A DNA stretch of 64,000 nt from Bilabrum cf. latius (taxonomy: Eukaryota), in NCBI GenBank assembly GCA_965178125.1, contig OZ237743.1:558001-622000 (forward strand), written 5' to 3'. Below, piece by piece: positions 58,207-64,000 of this stretch; the stretch's first letter is position 1; each line of letters starts with the position of its first letter. The notes beneath the pieces are model-generated. The model saw nothing but the letters and a program-made list of their open reading frames with translations, had not been told where the DNA came from and made no database searches. Both the position numbers and the translations under genes were made by a program.

Positions 58207-58692
58207 TCAGAAACCTCCCATTCGCCCGTCGTCACCAGAGCCTTGCTGCTGCGCCTTGAGGGCCGCCTGCTGGACGGCGTCGGCCTGCGAGAGAGGAACG
58301 AAAGTTGATCGTTGCAAGAACATGCAGTGATGCCAAGACATCGTTATGACCAAACCCAACGATTCACGATCGGTAAAGGCCTCACGGCAACCTGGAATGT
58401 GGACATGTACGCTCCGTTGCATGCTTGCAAACAGGTCTGCTGCGAGAAATCCAGAACGCCGCCACTGGCCGCCGTGGGCACGCACTTCTTGAAGCAAACG
58501 CTGACAGCTTCTTCTTGCAGCTGTTGCAGCAGCATCATCTGCATCTGTCCTGCCGCCTGCGATCACGCTAGGGTGGTGGGAGCGGTCTTGCGTGCCGTCG
58601 AGACAAGTGCGGAGATTCAGCGGCATCATGCAATCAATACAAAAGCGTACCTGCTGGATTTTTGCCTGCATTCCTGAGCCTGACGAAGCCAT
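58207..58692 (-). CDS. Small Tim family mitochondrial intermembrane-space chaperone (Tim8/9/10/13-type, twin CX3C); exons 58692-58651, 58556-58386, 58284-58207
   Basis: Spliced product MASSGSGMQAKIQQAAGQMQMMLLQQLQEEAVSVCFKKC...QQTCLQACNGAYMSTFQVAADAV...; two GT-AG introns (second donor could instead be 58391); ends TGA. Confidence 0.8.
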   Translation of the reverse strand: MASSGSGMQAKIQQVRFCIDCMMPLNLRTCLDGTQDRSHHPSVIAGGRTDADDAAATAARRSCQRLLQEVRAHGGQWRRSGFLAADLFASMQRSVHVHIPGCREAFTDRESLGLVITMSWHHCMFLQRSTFVPLSQADAVQQAALKAQQQGSGDDGRMGGF

Positions 58693-58839
58693 CGCGTGCT
58701 AAAGGCAACTGAAGTGCAGCTAGCTTGCCCCCCAAATCTGTGATGAATAAGCGGTTGTAACCTCAAACAACAGCCAGACGAGACGAACAGCATCAGCGCG
58801 GAGAATACAGCGTATCTAGCGCGCTCTGCGCCTCTAAGT

Positions 58840-60132
58840 TCATTCAAACAATTCATCCTCGTCATCGTACTCATCCTCCGGGTCGGACTCCTCTGCCTGC
58901 CTCTGCATCCGAGCCGCTTCCCGCGCCGCCTTCGCCTCTGCCTCTTTCTGCGCCGCCTCCCTTCGCACCCGAGCCGCTTCCTGTGCCCTCACGTCCACCT
59001 GAGGAGCAGCGGTGCCTTTTCCTTCAGCTGCACCACCGGCACCAGCACCGCTCTGCCCAACAACTCCAGAGCCCGAAGGCCCACCCACTGGCGCGCCGCC
59101 AGCGCTGCCAGAGGCAAGTGCTTTCGGGCGAGCGTCCTCGGGCTCGCGCAGACGGAGCACCGCACGAATCGATTCCCGCATTTCATCGGCCTTCACAGCC
59201 TCATCGAAGGAAGCTCCCATACTAAAACCTGTGCCGAATCCGAATCCACCTCTTGTTGATCGCGGCCCGCCCTCTCGGCTGTTCGAACCGCCTAGGAGCA
59301 GGTCGTCAGACTCGGCTGCGTCTCCTCCTCCTAATGTTCCTGCTGCTGCAGCTGGACCATTGTCGGCGACCAGAGACCACCCGCCATCCGCCCAGTCATC
59401 GTCGTCCAGGTCGTCTTCGCCGTCGTCATCACCATCGCTTTCTACGACTCTCCCGGCTTTCACTGCAGTTCCAGCTCCTGCACCGCCCGTGATGGGTGTA
59501 GCAACAGCAAGAGAAGGGGTACTGGGAACAGCAGGCTCGGTTATTTCCATCCTGCGACGTTTCTTGTCCTGCTAGTCTTCGGTGCCATCCTCTTCCATTG
59601 GCTCTGACCCGGCCAGCGGGCCACACATGACCGATAGCTCCTCAAACTGCTGCATCAATCCCTCCAATACATGCTCAGATCCTATGCCGGGGAGTGGGAG
59701 CCTCTCTCTTGCTCCTTGCTTGGCGACGTCTTGCTGGCCCTTGGTCGCGGTCTGCATAATCTTGGCCAGTATCGCGTCGGCACCCTCCGCTAGCAGAATC
59801 TGCCGCTTCCGCGTAAGATGTAGCTTGGCATCGGCTGCCTCCCACGTCTGGGCGATTTCCTTATGGCCGGCCACGAGCAGCACAAGGCGAGCAATCCGCG
59901 AATACTGGTGTGCAACAGGGCCAATCGCCACGGCCTGCTTGAAATTCTGCGGAATGGACGATGGATGGTAGCCAGCCTTTCTACAGGCCATCATCATGAT
60001 TGATACTTCTATCTCAGTAGCCCAATCCCACCCCGCAAGGTTTCGGGTTCGCAGACTAGCGATCTCGGCCAGTTTTCCGAGAAACGATTGCCACTCGAAC
60101 TCCAACCCTTTCGATGCAGAATTTGAAGCCAT
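58840..60132 (-). CDS. Hypothetical protein (~430 aa) with acidic tracts, basic KKRRR motif and C-terminal coiled coil; TAG read as sense
   Basis: ORFs 60150-59572 and 59550-58840 share a frame across TAG 59574-59572; ends TGA. First in-frame ATG is 60132; an upstream exon cannot be excluded. Confidence 0.65.
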
Positions 60133-60364
60133 TGCCCAACCTTCAGTCAAATATAGTCATGCCTCTGCGGGCCTGCTGTAGAATGATCTGTCTACAGCTG
60201 CCGCCAGCGATGGTGGCACTATCGTGCAGTGAGCCAGCCGGAACAAGCGGCCACCATCGAGGATATGGATGTTCTGGTTGACTGGTTGTGGTGGACATTA
60301 TTGCTGTTGTGAACGAACAGACGACGTGGGTAGACCATGCAAATCAGCACGTGTTTTGTATCCA

Positions 60365-63300
60365 TCAAACAGCAGACCGACCCGCCCCCGCGGCGGCCTA
60401 CTGTTTCACCAGCCGCTTCACCCTCGCTATCTCCCTCTGCCGAGCCGCCTCCGCATCGGCCGCGGCGCTCGCGAACAGCGCCCTCGCCGATCCGTCGCCG
60501 GGAGCGGCCTGCGCCCCAGACCACCACAGTCCGACGGACGGCATGACCAGCGCACCATCCCCCTCACCCCCGTCACCGTCCGCTGGCCCCTCGCTGCTCG
60601 CAATGCTGCGCACCAGGACCGCCCGATCTCTTGCGTCCAGGTGTCGGTGCCGGAGACGCAGACCCACCGACATTGGAGCACCAGTACCAGTACCAGCACC
60701 AGCACCAGCACAAGCACCAGCACCAGCACCAGCACCAGCACCAGCACCAGCACCAGCACCAGCACCAGCACCAGCACCAGCACCAGCACCAGCACCAGCA
60801 CCAGCACCAGCACCAGCACCAGCACCAGCACCAGCACCAGCACCAGCACCAGCACCAGCACCAGCACCAGCACCAGCACCAGCACCAGCACCAGCACCAG
60901 CACCAGCACCAGCACCAGCACCAGCACCAGCACCAGCACCAGCACCAGCACCAGCACCAGCACCAGCACCAGCACCAGCACCAGCACCAGCACCAGCACC
61001 ATCTTCCAAGCCATCCTCGCCTGGATTGGCCATTGCTTCAATGAGAGCTGCGTGTGTGGCTCTGCCGATACCAGCACCCGCACGCAGACTACCATCGGCT
61101 GCCCTGCCAGTCCTCATCCCCCCGCCAGCCCCCGGCTGTGCCGCAGCCGCAGCCACCCTGGGTGCATCGGCCCAGTCGGCTTCCCCGTCTTCTTCCTCCT
61201 CGTCGTCTGACAAGTCATCGTCAGCATCGTCGTCCCCGTCGCCACCACCCCCGGGCATTCCCTCCATGATGCGAGCCCTCATTCTAGCAGCCATAGGTCC
61301 CATGGCCCGCCCCCCCCCCGGGCCCACCGCGCCACCCATGGCCCTCATCATCGCATCCATGCCACCAGCGGGGTGCACGCCACCCCTCGGTCCCCCCCAA
61401 GCCCCCGGAGCCGCTGCTGCAAGCGGGATCTCCAAGCCCCCCTGTCTCGCAATCAGGTGCGTGGACGAGTGCTGCAGTCCTGCGCGCACGACAGAGGGAC
61501 CGGGACCAACGACTCCAAGGAACCGCGCGATATCGCGAACGATCCTGGTGCGCCGGCACACCTGCTGGATCGCAGCCCCAGCCGCCGTGCCACTGCCCCC
61601 TTTGGTGCGACCACCGTCGATACCTCTGCCTCTGCCTGATGCGCCTCGCATGGCCGACACGCAGCCCCACGTCACCAGCTGCTAGAGAGCCGCCCTCCGA
61701 CTCAGCAACTCAACGGCTCTCTGCGCCGCCGCGGTGCTGGCGCGCTGACCCGACTGCCTGCCGAGCGGTGTCTGCAGCAGCCACAGCCCCGCAGGGTCCA
61801 CGCCACTCATCACGCCCCCGCGCGCGATGGCCTCCCAAGCCCGCGCACCCCTACCGTCACCGACACCGTCACCGTCACCGACGGAGAGGCTGCCCACCGC
61901 GCTGCCCTGGTGGAAGCTCACCACACGGACGGGGCAGTCCCAGGAGCCCCGCAGCCGGCGGAGGGACGCCTCGGCCGCCCGCCGCCCCGCAGCGCACTCG
62001 TCACACTGTGCCAGGACCAGGGACCGGAGCCTGGGCTGCAGCTCGGCCAGGGCCAGGATCTCGGCCTTGGCGCCCAGCGGGGGCACAGAGGACATGGAGA
62101 GCTCCGCCAGCATCCACTTGGGGGCGTGCAGGGGGGAGGGTCCCACCGGCGACATGGCCTCGCTGGGGAACACCATGGCGCGGAGGTCCTTGGATCCGGG
62201 TCTCAGCGCCGCATGGTCCCTGTGGCGGCCCCTGCCCCCTGCAGAGCCGTCCCGCCTGGATCCCGTCCATGCCGCCCCCGGGGCATCGGCGCCCGCCCCG
62301 CGAGCGGGCCGTGGCGCGGCGTTGGCAGCCGCCTGCCAGTCCGGGTCGAAGCCCCCGGGGCACGACCCCAGGGAACAGCCCTGCTCCATGGACAACAGCC
62401 CCGGGCAGCACGTTAGGCCCGCCCACGCCCCCCTCGCGGGGTCGGCGTCCCCCCCCATGGGCACCCCCGAGGGCCCAACCCCTCCCCAGCTGCCGCGGAT
62501 GGGGGCGGACGGGGGTCCCAGCGGCGCGTTAGCACCCTGAGGGGCCTCTACCCCCGGGGTGCCGTCCTTGGCCTCGCCGTCTCTCCAGACCTCGGGCTCG
62601 GACAGCCAAGCCAGGAGGGCGGGAGGCAGCAGCGGCGCCGACTGCGACCGTCCCAGGGCCACGCCCCAGCCGGCCATGGCACCGACCCCCGCGGCGGCGG
62701 GACCCACGGACACGTGCCGCAGCGACCCTCGGCGGATCCCGGCCTGCATGGCCAGCGTGCTGGGCATGCCGTCCACGTGCATGGCGAGGAGCTGCGGCAC
62801 CCTCGCTCCGAATGCAAGGGCCGGCCCTTGCGCAGCAGACGGGGACAGCACGGGCAGCCCTACGCACTCGAGCCCGGCCAGCGGGTGCGCCAGCATGAGT
62901 GCCACATCGTCCGCGCTGCCGTCCACGATGGACCCGTCGCCCGAAGACACAGACGAAGAAAAGGGTGCTGTCCGACCCGCCGAGGCCCCGCGTCCGTGGT
63001 AGGGAACAACGCTGGGCATGCGGGCCCGCATCAGCTCGCTGACAGCCACCAGATCCACCGGTTCGGCCTCCGTCGCCGTCCCGCCGTCGCAGCGGAAGGC
63101 CCTCAGGTGGGGCGCAGAGGCCAGAGAACACCGCCGCAGCCCGTACCACGACAGCCTCGGGTTGCCGCTAAGGTCCAAGGCAAGCAGCGTTGAGGAGCCC
63201 AGGGAGGACTGCAGCATCTCTTCCGTCAGCATTACGTGCTCGTGCACGGGCGCACCACCCTCGCCATCGTCGTCAACCTCTTCATTGTTGCGGTACTTGA

Positions 63301-64000
63301 CCCCGCACGCGAGCGCCAGCGCCTCGGCGGCCCCACTGGGCAGCGAGTTCCGGGCTAGGGACAGCGCCCGCAGCCCCCCGCAGCCGGCCATCACCCCGCA
63401 CCACGCCTCCAGCTCAGGGTGAGTCGCCCGCGCCTCGACCAGCTCTGCGTCGGCCGCTCTCACCTTGAAGGGTGCGGCAACTCCAGCCTGGTCTGCCTTG
63501 TCCCAAGGGGCTCCTTCTTCGCCTGCACCTGTGGCATAGTCCTCCTCGCCTTCCTCTTTCTCCTATTGATGCCGTTCGTCCGCGGCTCGATCGCTGCCGG
63601 GGGCCCCTAGAGCCACAGCCTCCGCCAGGGCGGCTTCCACGCCGGAGCCATCTGCGAGAGAGTGCAGCACACGGTCGTGCGAGGGCGCCGCGGATGCCGC
63701 CACGGCCCCCTTCACACCCCGTGGTGCCGGCAGCAGCCCCGCGAGGTCCAGGGAACGCAGGGACTCCGTTGCGATGCCCCCGTGCCGGAGCGCCTCCGAG
63801 AGCGCGGTCATGGCGCGACCCCACTGCCGGGCACCCTCCGCTCCCGCGCCCCACTGCTTGCAGTCCGTGGGACCCAGCCCGCGACCCCTGGCTGCCTGAA
63901 GTCCCCGCCTGTGCCCCGCTTTGAGCCACAGGCAGAGAGACTCGATCCCAGCCGCGGACAGCCTGCAGTCCCCCGGCCTTGCTATGGACACATCCAGCCA
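60365..64000 (-). CDS. Leucine-rich repeat (RNI/FBXL-like) protein, 5' part outside the window; TAG read as sense
   Basis: ORFs 63991-63563, 63463-61682 and 61675-60398 share a frame across TAGs; first TGA at 60367-60365. LRR motifs LRSLDLAG, LRALSLARNSL, LLALDLSGNPRL, LRSLVLAQC. Confidence 0.75.
60681..61000. repeat. Hexanucleotide microsatellite (CCAGCA)n, ~53 units, encoding (Gly-Ala)n on the minus strand
   Basis: Directly visible, almost perfect array with variant units only at the left edge. Confidence 0.98.

Noticed and set aside
60681-61000. Telomeric repeat or CRISPR array
   Set aside because: It has no spacers, is not a TTAGGG-type unit and lies inside a reading frame.
60269-61210. 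Poly(ST), poly(HQ), poly(VL) and poly(PA) proteins
   Set aside because: These are alternative readings of the (CCAGCA)n array; only the minus-strand Gly-Ala frame is continuous with the LRR gene.
190-63929. Hundreds of overlapping antisense or alternate-frame ORFs in the supplied track (e.g. 7849-8757 -, 51663-52625 -, 60288-61685 +)
   Set aside because: They are shadows of GC-rich coding sequence on the other strand or frame and have no recognisable motifs.
2-64000. Mass pseudogenisation or sequencing error as the cause of fragmented ORFs
   Set aside because: Interruptions are exclusively TAG, with no frameshifts or internal TAA/TGA, and catalytic motifs are intact. Decay or random error would produce all three stops and indels.
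2-64000. Bacterial or phage origin with TAG=Gln (as in some crAss-like and Lak phages)
   Set aside because: GT-AG spliceosomal introns, a small Tim chaperone, a CAMK kinase and no operon structure indicate a eukaryotic nucleus.
2-64000. Pyrrolysine insertion or A-to-I editing (UAG to Trp) at TAG
   Set aside because: TAGs are too numerous and mostly lie in polar, disordered or Gln-type positions. No pyl genes are seen, and none of the sites I could align looks like a conserved Trp. U-to-C editing cannot be excluded without RNA data but is less parsimonious.

Overview
This is compact, GC-rich eukaryotic (protist-like) nuclear DNA with about 14 protein-coding genes on both strands, mostly short intergenic gaps and a few short GT-AG introns. 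The main result is that the window does not use the standard genetic code. The supplied ORF track fragments nearly every gene, but the fragments of each gene or exon lie in one frame and are separated only by TAG (about 100 in-frame TAGs by my manual count), never by TAA or TGA. Of 14 reconstructed genes, 13 end in TGA and one in TAA. Conserved motifs (DUF1800 'APD*LRQRVAWALSQ') and poly-Gln contexts point to UAG=Gln, with UAA and UGA still acting as stops. That is a rare decoupling of UAG from UAA in a nuclear genome. Read with that code, the genes are: fibrocystin-L/PKHD1L1-like protein, DUF1800-DUF1501 fusion, OSCA/TMEM63-like membrane protein, CAMK-type kinase (6 exons), phospholipase B-like protein, PL8 polysaccharide lyase, SRCR-like membrane protein, ankyrin/WW protein, two tandem ZIP transporters, giant Kelch protein, small Tim chaperone, an unknown protein and an LRR protein. 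I recognised no rRNA, tRNA, CRISPR array or intact mobile element. Family calls come from motif recognition by eye, not from searches, and the organism cannot be identified from this window.
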